This document shows positions 1-9,648 of a stretch of DNA of 32,000 nucleotides, in pieces. The notes under the pieces are model-generated. The model was not told the DNA's origin. It was given only the letters and a program-made list of their open reading frames with translations, and did no database searches. A program made the translations under genes and the position numbers. The DNA comes from Trichodesmium erythraeum IMS101 (lineage in GTDB: Bacteria > Cyanobacteriota > Cyanobacteriia > Cyanobacteriales > Microcoleaceae). Each line of letters starts with the position of its first letter. The stretch's first letter is position 1. The stretch is taken from positions 5,580,001-5,612,000 of the forward strand of contig NC_008312.1 of the NCBI RefSeq assembly GCF_000014265.1. Direction: 5' to 3'.

Positions 1-2314
1 AAGCTAAGGCAACAAAAGTATACCGCCAGTCACCACTGTAAGTTTCTCCACCTACCCAAGCTTTTGTTGGAGGCTTCAAAAAAGGTACTAACAATAGACC
101 ACATAAAATCATAATTGTAACTAGGGCACTACGAGGAACAGAAAGAAACTCATTAACTTGGTCAAGGTCGATAACTAACTCATTTCCTGAAAATGGTATT
201 GCTAAATAGGTTAGATAAACTAGTAAGGCTACAAGAGTAAGACTAAAAGTAGCAGGTAAAGTAAAATGTAGTAAGGAGCGTATCATACTACGTCGAGGTA
301 AGATTCCTGGTTTAGCCCATATTGGAATACAAAAAGTAGGAAATCCTACTGATATTAGAGTTACAACTGCACTATGTTTATTTAATAGTGGGAAAGTACC
401 ACCGATAAATCCACCAATAAATCCTGTAGAAAAAATTAATATACTTACGCAGAATACCCTAATCATAAATAATTTCAATACATCTTGTATACTATTACGA
501 ATACGTTGTCCTTCCAAAAAAGTATGGGGCAAAGAGGCGAAAGAATTATTCAACAGGACAATATCTGCCACGCTACGAGTCGCCTTACTACCTCCTTCCA
601 TAGCGATCGCTAAATTAGCTTCTTTCAAAGATAGAACATCATTAACCCCATCTCCGATCATAGCTACATAATGACCTTGTTTCTTAAAACTATGGATCAG
701 TTTAGCTTTTTGCTTAGGAGTGACAGAGCCAAAAATTGTCTTAGATTTTGCTGCTTGAATAAACTGATCTTCGTCTAGTTTAGCTAATTCAGAACCAGAA
801 ATAACTTGGATATTAGAACTAAGTCCTGCTTGCAAGGCCAAAGTAGCTACAGTCTGAGGATTATCTCCAGAAATCACTTTGATTTTTATTCCTACTTTTG
901 AAAAACCTTCTATAGTCTCACGAGCTTCCGGCCTAAGTTCATCTTGAAAGCTAATAATTCCCAAGGGAAAAAGTTCTGTAGGTAATTGTAGTTTTTCTAA
1001 ATCCTGGTCTAAGCTACTGATGTTGGGGTTATAGGCAAATAAAAGTACCCGGAATCCCTTTTGTGCTAATTTTTGAATTTGCTGAGTAAATTTCCTACTA
1101 AGAGGTGTAACTTCAGCTAATATTTCTGGAGCACCTAGAATGTATGTCCCAGATGGTGAATTTTGCTCTTCAGTGGCAAAGCTCATACCACTCCATTTAC
1201 GAGCTGAAGCAAAAGGAATTTCAAAGGTTAGAGAACGTTTAGGTCTTGGAAAGACCCTTTCTAGAGCTTCAATAGTTTTATTTTTAGAAGTGGTACTGGC
1301 TGCATATTCACCTAATATATTTTCCAACTTGATTTCATCAATTCCTATGGGATAAATTGCTTGTAAACTAATATGGTTAGTGGTTAACGTTCCAGTTTTG
1401 TCCAAACATAAAATATCTACATTACTTAATGATTCAACAGCATTAGCTTGCTGAATTAGGACTTCCTGTCCCACCATTTTGACTGCACCCAAAGCATAAG
1501 CAAGAGTGATGGCTAAATAAAGTCCACTTGGTACTAAGCCAGCAATTACAGCAGCATATTGAACAGTGTCAACAAATTTATAAAATCCAAAGTACCAGTT
1601 AATGGAAACTAGTATCCAGAGAAAGCATGATAAGAGTAAAAAGACTCTGATGACTAGGTTAATTTCCTGTTGGAGAGGGGTATAAATTTGGCGAAATGCT
1701 CTGGCACTAACTGTTAGTTGATAGGCAAAACTTTCGGTTCCTACTTTTTGGGCTTCATAATGAGCAGTGCCACTGACACAGAAACTACCAGAATAAACTG
1801 GCTGGCCTGCTTGTTTAGGAACTAGATCTGATTCTCCTGTTAGGAGTGATTCGTCTACTTCTATTTGCCCTTTTCCTACTACTTGTCCATCTACTACTAT
1901 TTGATCTCCAGAATGGACTACTAATATATCTCCTACGACGATCTCACTGGGATCTATGTTTTGTTGTTTAGTTTCTCTTATAACTGTAGCTAATGGTCTA
2001 GCTAATAAGGCAATTTGATCTAATTTTTGTTTCGCCCATATTTCTTGGCAAACACTGACTATGACACCACCTAAAATAACGATGATTACCAGGAAAGCAT
2101 CACCATAACGAGAAAGAGAAATTAAAACTAGGCTAATGCTAAGGAAAACGGTATTAATAAAGGTAAATAAGTTTTCTTTTAATATCTGGCGGTAGGAGCG
2201 ACTTGTGTCTAGTTTGATATTATTTCCTCGACCGACAGCACGAAGATTTATGACTTGGTCTTTTGTGAGACCGTGAATAATTGAGGTATTGTGAATATTT
2301 TGGCGATCATTCAT
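1..2314 (-). CDS. Cation-transporting P-type ATPase (HAD/P-type superfamily). N-terminal ~770 codons only; the gene runs off the window start.
   Basis: Absent from the ORF track because the frame is open to the window edge. The minus-strand ATG is the reverse complement of 2312-2314 and reads MNDRQNIHNTSIIHGLTKDQVINL... The phosphorylation motif CLDKTGTLT is in frame (Asp codon at 1400-1402). The hinge motif GDGVND is in frame at 638-655. I spot-checked the frame as stop-free from 121 down to position 2. Confidence 0.85.
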   Translation of the reverse strand, partial: MNDRQNIHNTSIIHGLTKDQVINLRAVGRGNNIKLDTSRSYRQILKENLFTFINTVFLSISLVLISLSRYGDAFLVIIVILGGVIVSVCQEIWAKQKLDQIALLARPLATVIRETKQQNIDPSEIVVGDILVVHSGDQIVVDGQVVGKGQIEVDESLLTGESDLVPKQAGQPVYSGSFCVSGTAHYEAQKVGTESFAYQLTVSARAFRQIYTPLQQEINLVIRVFLLLSCFLWILVSINWYFGFYKFVDTVQYAAVIAGLVPSGLYLAITLAYALGAVKMVGQEVLIQQANAVESLSNVDILCLDKTGTLTTNHISLQAIYPIGIDEIKLENILGEYAASTTSKNKTIEALERVFPRPKRSLTFEIPFASARKWSGMSFATEEQNSPSGTYILGAPEILAEVTPLSRKFTQQIQKLAQKGFRVLLFAYNPNISSLDQDLEKLQLPTELFPLGIISFQDELRPEARETIEGFSKVGIKIKVISGDNPQTVATLALQAGLSSNIQVISGSELAKLDEDQFIQAAKSKTIFGSVTPKQKAKLIHSFKKQGHYVAMIGDGVNDVLSLKEANLAIAMEGGSKATRSVADIVLLNNSFASLPHTFLEGQRIRNSIQDVLKLFMIRVFCVSILIFSTGFIGGFIGGTFPLLNKHSAVVTLISVGFPTFCIPIWAKPGILPRRSMIRSLLHFTLPATFSLTLVALLVYLTYLAIPFSGNELVIDLDQVNEFLSVPRSALVTIMILCGLLLVPFLKPPTKAWVGGETYSGDWRYTFVALA

Positions 2315-2841
2315 GGCATTTGGACTTAAGATCAAAAAGTTTGTTTAATACCAATTATGAAAAATATTGCTACATTATTTTTTTTTGTCTTCAAAAAACT
2401 TAATTGTAGGCATTGTTTGATGATGAAAAGTAATATTACTAATTTATAGAGAAGTTATAAGTAAGGTTAAGTTTGATAAATAACCTTTGGCTTTTTTGAT
2501 TATGATCAACTTTAGTGATATAGAAATTTTAAATGATTCGATTTAGATTTGCTATATTTTGATAGTATTAGATTATGTCTAATTTGATTCTGGGGGTAAC
2601 AAGCAAGTTATAAAGTAGATATAATAATAATTTGAGATAATAAATTGAATAATAATTTCATAAAATAAAAGAAAGCTTATTAAGAATGGGGTCGTGGCGA
2701 TCACCAATTTACTAAGTGCTAAAGTGCTACTACCTGATTTGATTACTTTTTCATTTAAGCTAATGGGTAAAATAGTTAAAAATATAATCAAATAAAAGAT
2801 AATTTGTAAACTTTACCAAAGTCTTGATTACTTAGTTTTTA

Positions 2842-4248
2842 GCAATTACTTCTTTCCCGCTAGAAGATTAACAATTATATAGTATAAATATTACAAAAGC
2901 CAATTAGAGCAGCAAAACAATAAAACCTTTATCCGATATAATGGTTCAATGATCGCGATCTTAGACACTGAATTACGGCAAAAACTATAATACAAACCTC
3001 AAAAAGAATATTTATCAGAACAATTATTGGTAGTTATTTATACTTTAATCTAGCCATGCTAAAAGTACGCAAATATGCCGAATTATATTTTGCATTTGTT
3101 CAGGTGTCTGAAGTTGATTAAATTGAAAAAAATTTTCTAATTTATCTTAAAATTGTTGAATATTTATATCCCAGGAAAGGTGATGCAACAGTTTAAGTCT
3201 TAAAATATGAATAATATATTCAACTCAATTAAAATTAGGAAAATATGTTGGAGTATGAATAAAATCTACAACAATTTTATCTGAATATTTGAGCATTAAT
3301 GAGATGAAATTTTAATTGAGATTTCATTTTATTTTTATCTGTCGAGTCCAGATCTAAAATAATAGTCAATTTATCAAATCATTCTGTTAAAAAATCTTGA
3401 TCTCATTGTAAAAAGTAATCCGAAACTTCCTCTGCTTTAGATTTTTCTTTTAATTTTAAAGACTCTTGAGCTGTAAAGGCATCAACTGAAATCATTCCAT
3501 TCAGTTTATTTCTACATCCCTTCTCATTACTGGCTACTTCAGGACCTGTCTTTTTTTTTGCCTATCCGTAAAAAATGCTTGGGCGCTCATAAACAGCAAA
3601 TTCATCAAAAAATACTATTTTTTCTTTCTTTATTTTAGATACCAATTTTTTGAGACTTAAAATAAATATCTTTTACTGTTATTGGCTGGTATTAGGATAA
3701 TTTCTATGGGCTTTTTGAGCTGATAAATTTAATTCATTGAAAATTTCATATATTCTTGTTGTTTTCAGTTTTACTCCCCATCTTAATTCAATAACATTAC
3801 TAATAATTTTACCAGCTCCATTTGTTTCTATCTACCACATAATCTCTGGGTAATTCTTCCAGTATCATTATTTTTAATTCCTATTTCTGTTTTATATTTA
3901 ATCTTGATGATACTTGGTGAGTGATTAGTTATATTAAATTCTTTAACCCTCCTTCTAAAAATTTATCTATCCAAGTAGATAAAGTTTGGTAATGACAATC
4001 TAATAAATCTGATACTTCTGCTCTATTTTTTCCTTCATACAAGTATTTAATTGCCAATAATCTTTTCCTTAAATATTCTTTTTGACACTTGTAGTAAAAT
4101 TATGACCACAATTCTAAATATAATTGGCGATCGCCTAACCTAAAAGTTCTATTCCCTAAAGATTTAATCATGATTCATTCCTTATTATTTATCACGTAAT
4201 ATATATTATTACATAATAGGTAATTTTCTAGCGGGAAGAGAGTAATGC
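2842..4248 (-). mobile_element. Decayed IS630-family insertion sequence with recognisable terminal inverted repeats
   Basis: The left end GCAATTACTTCTTTCCCGCTAGAA (2842-2865) is the imperfect reverse complement of the right end TTCTAGCGGGAAGAGAGTAATGC (4226-4248). The interior carries a fragmented IS630-type transposase on the minus strand. Confidence 0.65.
3040..4171 (-). pseudogene. IS630-family transposase pseudogene with multiple frameshifts and stops
   Basis: The minus-strand ATG (reverse complement of 4169-4171) gives MIKSLGNRTFRLGDRQLYLELWS*. A shifted frame then reads KEYLRKRLLAIKYLYEGKNRAEVSDLLDCHYQTLSTWIDKFLEGGLKNL, a typical IS630 N-terminal HTH. Further on, FDEFAVYERPS...NKLNGMISVD is DDE-core-like but interrupted by stops. 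No ORF of 60 aa or more survives. Confidence 0.6.
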
Positions 4249-4420
4249 AATCAGATGAATATAAAATAGAAATTAGGGCGTTCCTGAAGCGCGGGCATGA
4301 TTTTGAAAAAGATCGATCACCAATATAAGTCATACCAATTTTATTAGCCTACATTACTTAATCTTGGTAAGATTATATAATTTCATTATTGAGTATGATG
4401 TGTAGCTATACTCAAGTAAA

Positions 4421-4447
4421 TTGACATTAAAATTATTCGGATATAAT
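4421..4447 (+). promoter_or_regulatory. Candidate sigma70-type promoter of the lysozyme-peptidase gene
   Basis: TTGACA at 4421-4426 and TATAAT at 4442-4447, with a short 15-nt spacer. It lies about 60 nt upstream of the GTG start. A GAGGA Shine-Dalgarno sits at 4493-4497, 8 nt before the GTG at 4506. The AT-rich context makes chance matches likely. Confidence 0.3.
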
Positions 4448-4505
4448 GTAATTATATTGAATTAAATAATACTGTAAACAGATGTTTTTACTGAGGATAT
4501 AAACT

Positions 4506-4670
4506 GTGGACGAAAAAAATCTAATTCCTCAAAGCGGCCTTGATTTAATTAAGGAATTTGAGGGGTATGGGAAAGAACTTCCTGATGGCCGAGCACAAGC
4601 GTATGCCGATCCCATTTATGGGTGGGAAGTTGCTACAATTGGCTATGGAACTACCAAGTATCCCAATGGT
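4506..4670 (+). CDS. Exon 1 of 4: GH24 (phage-type) lysozyme / C39-like peptidase fusion protein. Spliced product 465 aa.
   Basis: GTG start with SD. The translation MDEKNLIPQSGLDLIKEFEGYGKELPDGRAQAYADPIYGWEVATIGYGTTKYPNG carries the GH24 signature (EFEG catalytic Glu, AY.D..G..TIGYG). The track ORF continues as VRLVGH*, which is read-through into the intron starting GTGCGAC at 4671. Confidence 0.85.
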
Positions 4671-5265
4671 GTGCGACTCGTTGGCCATTAAACCTTGAAC
4701 TAGGATATAAATGGCTGTTCCAAGTCAACACATGAGGATAATCTCGACTTGTGAATAACTCTTATGACCTTGTAGGTGAGATTCCTACTGCCTTGTTGTT
4801 GGGTTGACAGCGTAGGCCACAGGGTAGAGACTGAACATCAATCCCTGAAGCTGGTCTAAACGAGGTCAAAGCTTTAACTACCAAATAAGTGAGACTTCTA
4901 GCAAAGACTGACAAGTAGACGAACAGAAAGGTAATAAAACTCTCGTCAGATATGACCATTCCAAAGGTAGTTATGGAATGTAGGACGAATGTCAGAGGGT
5001 CTATGGATAACAATATGCCATTGTTGTTATCAAACAACTGTAAAGAACCCTCCGGGAGATTTTACCCTACTAAATCAGTCGTAACAAAGGCATAAGGGAA
5101 CGAGGAAACCTCTTTAAGACACCTAAGTATATAGGTCGATAACTTAGGAAGCCATTCAAGGTAAATCTACGCAAAAAAATCGTAGGTCTTAGGGAGAGTA
5201 GGATTGGGTAAAAAGTATAATTAGCAGACGTACCCACTGTTAAACGTGATGTAAGGTAACAATTA

Positions 5266-6115
5266 GTGATGAATAAGGCTAAAACACTAAAAAGACATAA
5301 TGGTAATTCTAAACCATTTTTAAGTGTGGCATGGGATACAGACGATACACCTTTACAATTCTCTGTATGTCTCAATCTTAAGTGGCAAGACATAGAATGC
5401 AAGGGTGTTCTCAAGAATGTATTTAAGTTGCAAAAGTTAATTTACAGAACATCCAGCTGTGGCGAAATCCCCAATATGCCTGAATACTAAAAACTTCTGA
5501 CTTCTAGTTATTACCCTAGGTTACTAGCTGTTTGGTGCGTGATACAGGACAAACAAGATCAAAAAACTGCTGGAGTGGATGGGATGAAAAATTTACTTTC
5601 ACTACAGGGGAACTTCACTGTAAGGTTTACTTATTTAAAATTACACATACATAGCAATATTGTAGCGGTATGAGTAATGAGTGAAAACTATGTGAAGAAA
5701 TAGCTTGATCTTCCTTGCGATGTTGTTGCCTGAATAGCGAAGATAATTTACAGACTGCGGTTTGCGGTATATGGGTAAAACACCGAAGCTAGCTCCAAAG
5801 CTTATACAATTCCACAGGTAAGTTTGGATAAGTTTAGTAGAACTGTAAAAACCGAAGTTAAAAAACTACTTAAAAGTTAGAAAAATAGTTACGCATTTTG
5901 TGGGTTAACTTTAAGACCAATTGACCTAATAGAGGTAGAGAATATAATGCCTGGGTCTAAAAGTGGTGACAACAAATGTAAGAATAAATGATTGTTGCAC
6001 AAAATTGCCACGATACTAAAACTGTCTTAGATTACAATAGTTGTCTAAAACTGAAGTTACAGGAATTACCTGATAATTATTTATGGATGGATGACGCTAA
6101 GACAGGGATGTACCC
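5266..6115 (+). pseudogene. Remnant of the intron-encoded RT/maturase in intron 1
   Basis: MMNKAKTLKR...FKLQKLIYRTSSCGEI matches the N-terminus of the intact IEP at 7676 and then stops. ...KTAGVDGMKN follows in another frame. The central RT and X domains are deleted. A degenerate HNH tail is present (YAFCGLTLRPIDLIEVENIMPGSKSGDNKCKNK*LLH). Confidence 0.75.
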
Positions 6116-6138
6116 TTGAATTAGGGCGTTTAGGAGAG

Positions 6139-6172
6139 AAGCCGTGTGAGGTGAAAGTCTCACGCACGGTTT
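6139..6172 (+). ncRNA. Domain V of intron 1
   Basis: AAGCCGTGTGAGGTGAAAGTCTCACGCACGGTTT has the AGC triad, a GAAA tetraloop and a 2-nt bulge. The closing pair is A-U here and G-C in intron 2, a compensatory change. Confidence 0.8.
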
Positions 6173-6215
6173 TGAAGACGAGTCTGGTAAGGTAACTTAC
6201 TGGGCTTAGTTTAAC

Positions 6216-7082
6216 AGTAAAGTTCAAAGAAACGATATTATTACTTCTGTTGAAGCACAGAAGTATTTAGCCTGGGAAGTTGAAGAAATTTGTAAACCTG
6301 CCTTAGAAAGAATACCTACTTGGTCTCAGATGAATCAAAATCAAAAGGGAGCACTTTATAGTTTTGCCTACAACTTGGGTGCAAATTTTTATGGTGGAGC
6401 GAATTTCCAGTCTATTACAAGGGTTTGTGATACTGTTTCTAGGTGGAAAGATCAAGGTTGGATAACAGAGCAATTTGAAAAATATCGAAACCCTGGTTCT
6501 GCTGCTGAAGAGGGTTTGCGGAGACGCAGACATGCTGAAGCTAAACTATTTTGTAAGCCTGCAGAAAATATTGAGTTTCATCAAAATAAAATGGAGGAAA
6601 CAATGGAAATTACTACTGTAAGTTTTACCAATTCAACTTGGTTAAAATCCAAACCTATACAATCTTCAGAATTGTCGAACAATCAGAAGATATTTGTCAG
6701 ACAGGAAGACAAAATCAAGGTAAAGGGAGTATTTCCAGATGCTAAACAACATACTTTACTTACATTAGAAAAGTCAAAATTAGCAGCTGATGGAAAGACC
6801 TCTCTTGAAAAAGTTTATGCTTATACACCTCACCTAAAATTAGAGCAACCACAAAATGAGCGGGTGAAAAAGCTAGATGTGCCTTATTTCTCTCAATTAG
6901 ATAATTCAACTTTGCTTTTTGGTGCAGGAAGTCGCCAGTGTAATTTAACTTCTTGTTCTATGTTCTTAGCGGCTTTAAAGCCACAGTTAGTAAAAGAATC
7001 AAAAATTGATAATTACGAAGAATTTGAAAGTTTTTATGGGGAAAAATTAGTAAAATATGGTGATACCACTAACCATGATGCA
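6216..7082 (+). CDS. Exon 2 of 4: rest of the lysozyme domain, a linker or middle domain, and the N-terminal half of the C39-like peptidase domain
   Basis: In frame with exon 1: ...YPNG|SKVQRNDIITSVEAQKYLAWEVEE...MNQNQKGALYSFAYNLGANF...GLRRRRHAEAKLF (GH24). Later LDVPYFSQLDN...RQCNLTSCSMFLAAL looks like a C39_2-type catalytic Cys region. Length is 867 nt (289 codons). It ends ...NHDA just before GTGCGAC at 7083. Confidence 0.85.
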
Positions 7083-7675
7083 GTGCGACTCGTTGGCCAC
7101 TAAACTAGGAAACTAGGTATACATGGCCGTTCCAAGTCACCACATGAGGACAACCTCGACTTGTGAATAACTCTTATTACCTTGGTGGTGAAATTCCATC
7201 CGCCTTGTTGTTGGGTTGACAGCATAGACCACAGGGTAGCGACTGAACATCAATCCCTGAAGCTGGTCTAAAAGCGGGAAAATACCAGTTACCGAGGAAC
7301 GATACCGCAAGCAAAGGCTGACAAGTGGACGAACAGGAAGGTAATAAAACTCCCGTGAGGTCGAACCATTCCAAAGGTAGCTATGGGATGTAGGACGAAA
7401 GTCAGGGGGTCAACGAACATAAGTATTGCTTTGCTTATGTTAACAATCATATAGCACCCTCCGGGGGAGTTTACCCCACTTAAGTTGGCCGTAATAAAGG
7501 AATAAGGGAACGAGGAAACCTCTTTAAGACACCTAAGTATATAGGTCGAAAACTTAGGAAGCCATTCAAGGTCAATCTGCACAAAGTTGCAGGTCTTGGG
7601 GAGAGTAGGATTGGGTAAGAAGCTCATTGAGCAGACGTACCCACTGTTAGACGTAATGTGGAGTAATAATTAGCA

Positions 7676-9340
7676 ATGAATAAAGCTAAAACCCTAAAAA
7701 GATGTTTGGGAAACCCTAAACCATTTTTAAGCGTGGCGTGGGATACAAACGATATACCAAACCCATGTAGTGTTAATCCTAATTTCAAATGGAAAGACAT
7801 CAATTGGAAGAAGGTAGAAAAGTATGTATTTAAGTTGCAAAAATTAATCTACAGAGCATCCAGCCGTGGCGAAATCCGCAAGGTGCGTAAATACCAAAAA
7901 CTTCTGACCAAAAGTTATTACGCTAGGTTGCTAGCTGTTAGGCGCATAACTCAGGACAATCAGGGTAAGAAAACTGCGGGTATAGATGGTATAAAAAATT
8001 TACCCTCTATGCAGAGATTTAACCTGGTAGACTTATTAAAGAGACATCGCTTCAAAGCAAGCCCAACCCGTAGAGTCTGGATACCAAAACCAGGAAAGGA
8101 TGAAAAGCGACCGCTCGGAATCTCTACAATGTACGACCGTGCATTACAAGCCCTGGTAAAGCTAGGTAGGTCACCAGAATGGGAAGCACACTTTGAACCT
8201 AACAGCTATGGCTTGAGACCAGGACGGTCAACACATGATGCTATTGCAGCAATCTATGTCAGCATCAACAAAAAACCAAAATACGTTCTAGATGCTGACA
8301 TATCCAAATGTTTTGACCGAATTAACCATGATGCGTTGTTGAGAAAAATAGGACGAACACCCTACAGACGCCTAATTAAACAATGGCTCAAATCCGGGGT
8401 ATTCGATAACAAACAATTCTCAGACACTCTGGAAGGTACACCACAGGGAGGGGTGATATCAACCTTACTAGTAAACATCGCCTTACACGGGATGGAAAAA
8501 TGTCTAGAAAAATACGCCGAAACTCTACCGGGTAAAAAGCGTGACAATAAACAGGCATTATCCTTAATACGCTATGCTGACGACTTCGTTATCCTACACG
8601 AAGACATCAAAGTAGTAATGCAGGCAAAAACCGTAATACAGGAATGGTTAAACCAGGTAGGATTAGAGCTAAAGCCAGAAAAAACCAAGATTGCTCACAC
8701 CCTGGAAGAATACGAAGGAAATAAACCCGAATTTGACTTTCTGGGGTTCAACATCAGGCAATATGAAGTTAAGTCAACCAATCAAGGATTCAAAACAATA
8801 ATCAAACCATCATCCAAGAGTGTCAAAACTCATTATCGGAAACTGGCGGATAGATGTGACAAGAACAAAACCGCCCCCGCAAAAGCTTTAATAGCTAAAC
8901 TCAATCCGATAATAAGGGGATGGGCCAATTACTTCTCCGCCATAGTTAGTAAGAGTACATTCAATAAGTTGGATATGCTTTTGTGGAAAAGGCTAGGTCG
9001 ATGGGCAAGTAGGAGGCACTCGAACAAGTCGGCCAAGTGGGTTAAAGAAAAGTATTTCCCTCGCTACAAAGAAACCAGGAACTGGATACTTAATGATGGC
9101 GAATATATACTCAACCAACACCTTGACGTGCCTATAATAAGACACGTCAAAGTGAAAGGTAATAAATCCCCATTAGACGGTAACTGGACTTATTGGAGTA
9201 GTAGAATTGGCAAACATCCAGGCGTAAGGAAAGAAGTCACAACGCTGCTAAAACGGCAGAAAAATAAATGCGCATTTTGTGGGCTAACCTTCAGGTCAAA
9301 CGACCAAATGGGAAGTAGACCATATAAAACCAAGATCTGA
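7676..9340 (+). CDS. Group II intron reverse transcriptase/maturase (IEP). RT and X domains are intact. The C-terminal HNH domain is frameshifted.
   Basis: 554-aa ORF with RT motifs (KTAGIDG, RPLGISTMYDRALQ, PQGGVIS, RYADDFVIL), the maturase/X motif (IRGWANYF) and the start of the HNH domain (CAFCGL). The rest of the HNH domain continues in the +1 frame, from the GGG run at about 9310-9312 to the stop at 9519-9521: EVDHIKPRSEGGDNTYKNKQLLHRHCHD. Confidence 0.9.
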   Translation: MNKAKTLKRCLGNPKPFLSVAWDTNDIPNPCSVNPNFKWKDINWKKVEKYVFKLQKLIYRASSRGEIRKVRKYQKLLTKSYYARLLAVRRITQDNQGKKTAGIDGIKNLPSMQRFNLVDLLKRHRFKASPTRRVWIPKPGKDEKRPLGISTMYDRALQALVKLGRSPEWEAHFEPNSYGLRPGRSTHDAIAAIYVSINKKPKYVLDADISKCFDRINHDALLRKIGRTPYRRLIKQWLKSGVFDNKQFSDTLEGTPQGGVISTLLVNIALHGMEKCLEKYAETLPGKKRDNKQALSLIRYADDFVILHEDIKVVMQAKTVIQEWLNQVGLELKPEKTKIAHTLEEYEGNKPEFDFLGFNIRQYEVKSTNQGFKTIIKPSSKSVKTHYRKLADRCDKNKTAPAKALIAKLNPIIRGWANYFSAIVSKSTFNKLDMLLWKRLGRWASRRHSNKSAKWVKEKYFPRYKETRNWILNDGEYILNQHLDVPIIRHVKVKGNKSPLDGNWTYWSSRIGKHPGVRKEVTTLLKRQKNKCAFCGLTFRSNDQMGSRPYKTKI

Positions 9341-9526
9341 AGGTGGTGACAACACATATAAAAACAAACAACTGTTGCACCGACATTGTCACGACAGTAA
9401 AACTGCATCAGACAAAGAGACATATCCTGAATTCAGGCCAAGGGAAGTTCCCGAAGGATATCAATGGGTTGATGATATGTTGATTCTGAAGCAGGATGTA
9501 CCTATGAAAAAGGACGTCTAAGAGAG

Positions 9527-9560
9527 GAGCCGTGTGAGGTGAAAGTCTCACGCACGGTTC
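9527..9560 (+). ncRNA. Domain V of intron 2
   Basis: GAGCCGTGTGAGGTGAAAGTCTCACGCACGGTTC is a canonical 34-nt domain V hairpin with the AGC triad, a GAAA loop and a CG bulge. Confidence 0.85.
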
Positions 9561-9603
9561 TGAAGACGAGTCGGGTAGGGTAACTTACCTGGCTTAGTTT
9601 AAC

Positions 9604-9648
9604 CAGACTAAAGCATTAAGAGATTTCGGAGTAGAAACTTATTTTTCT
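9604..9648 (+). CDS. Exon 3 of 4: a 45-nt micro-exon (15 codons) inside the C39-like peptidase domain
   Basis: CAGACTAAAGCATTAAGAGATTTCGGAGTAGAAACTTATTTTTCT encodes QTKALRDFGVETYFS. It is in frame with both neighbours and is flanked by the intron 2 3' end (..TTTAAC) and the intron 3 5' end (GTGCGAC at 9649). Confidence 0.8.

Larger units (their letters stand above)
4671..6215 (+). mobile_element. Group II intron 1 (1545 nt), an ORF-deleted derivative
   Basis: 5' end is GTGCGAC. A 34-nt domain V lies at 6139-6172. The 3' end ...CTTAGTTTAAC is shared by all three copies. Removing the intron joins the exons in frame. The sequence is homologous along its length to introns 2 and 3, but most of the RT/X coding region is missing. 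Confidence 0.85.
7083..9603 (+). mobile_element. Group II intron 2 (2521 nt) carrying the only long IEP ORF
   Basis: GTGCGACTCGTTGGCC at the 5' end. The IEP ORF lies in domain IV. Domain V is at 9527-9560. A domain VI-like stem closes with a GUAA loop. The 3' end ...CTTAGTTTAAC finishes at 9603. Removal is in frame. Confidence 0.9.

Noticed and set aside
1140-1355. Plus-strand ORF of 71 aa
   Set aside because: It is antisense within the P-type ATPase coding region.
2579-2791. Minus-strand ORF of 70 aa rich in I/L/F/Y
   Set aside because: Its composition is what an AT-rich intergenic sequence yields by chance. It has no start context or recognisable motif.
4671-4691. C-terminal VRLVGH* tails on track ORFs 4506-4691 and 6330-7103
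   Set aside because: These residues are read-through into the conserved intron 5' end GTGCGACTCGTTGGCCA(T/C)TAA. They are not part of the mature protein.
4762-5414. Minus-strand ORFs 4762-5037 and 5070-5414. Their apparent paralogues are 7177-7374, 7289-7627 and 9748-9936, which share peptides such as FRPASGIDVQSLPCGL.
   Set aside because: They lie antisense inside domains I-III of the three group II introns. Their apparent conservation is simply the conservation of the intron RNA, and their reading frames break at different places in each copy. They are not genes.
6303-6533. Minus-strand ORF of 76 aa
   Set aside because: It is antisense to exon 2 of the lysozyme gene, which has strong family motifs. 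It has no features of its own.
8362-9423. Minus-strand ORFs 8362-8547 and 9190-9423
   Set aside because: They are antisense within the intron 2 reverse-transcriptase gene.
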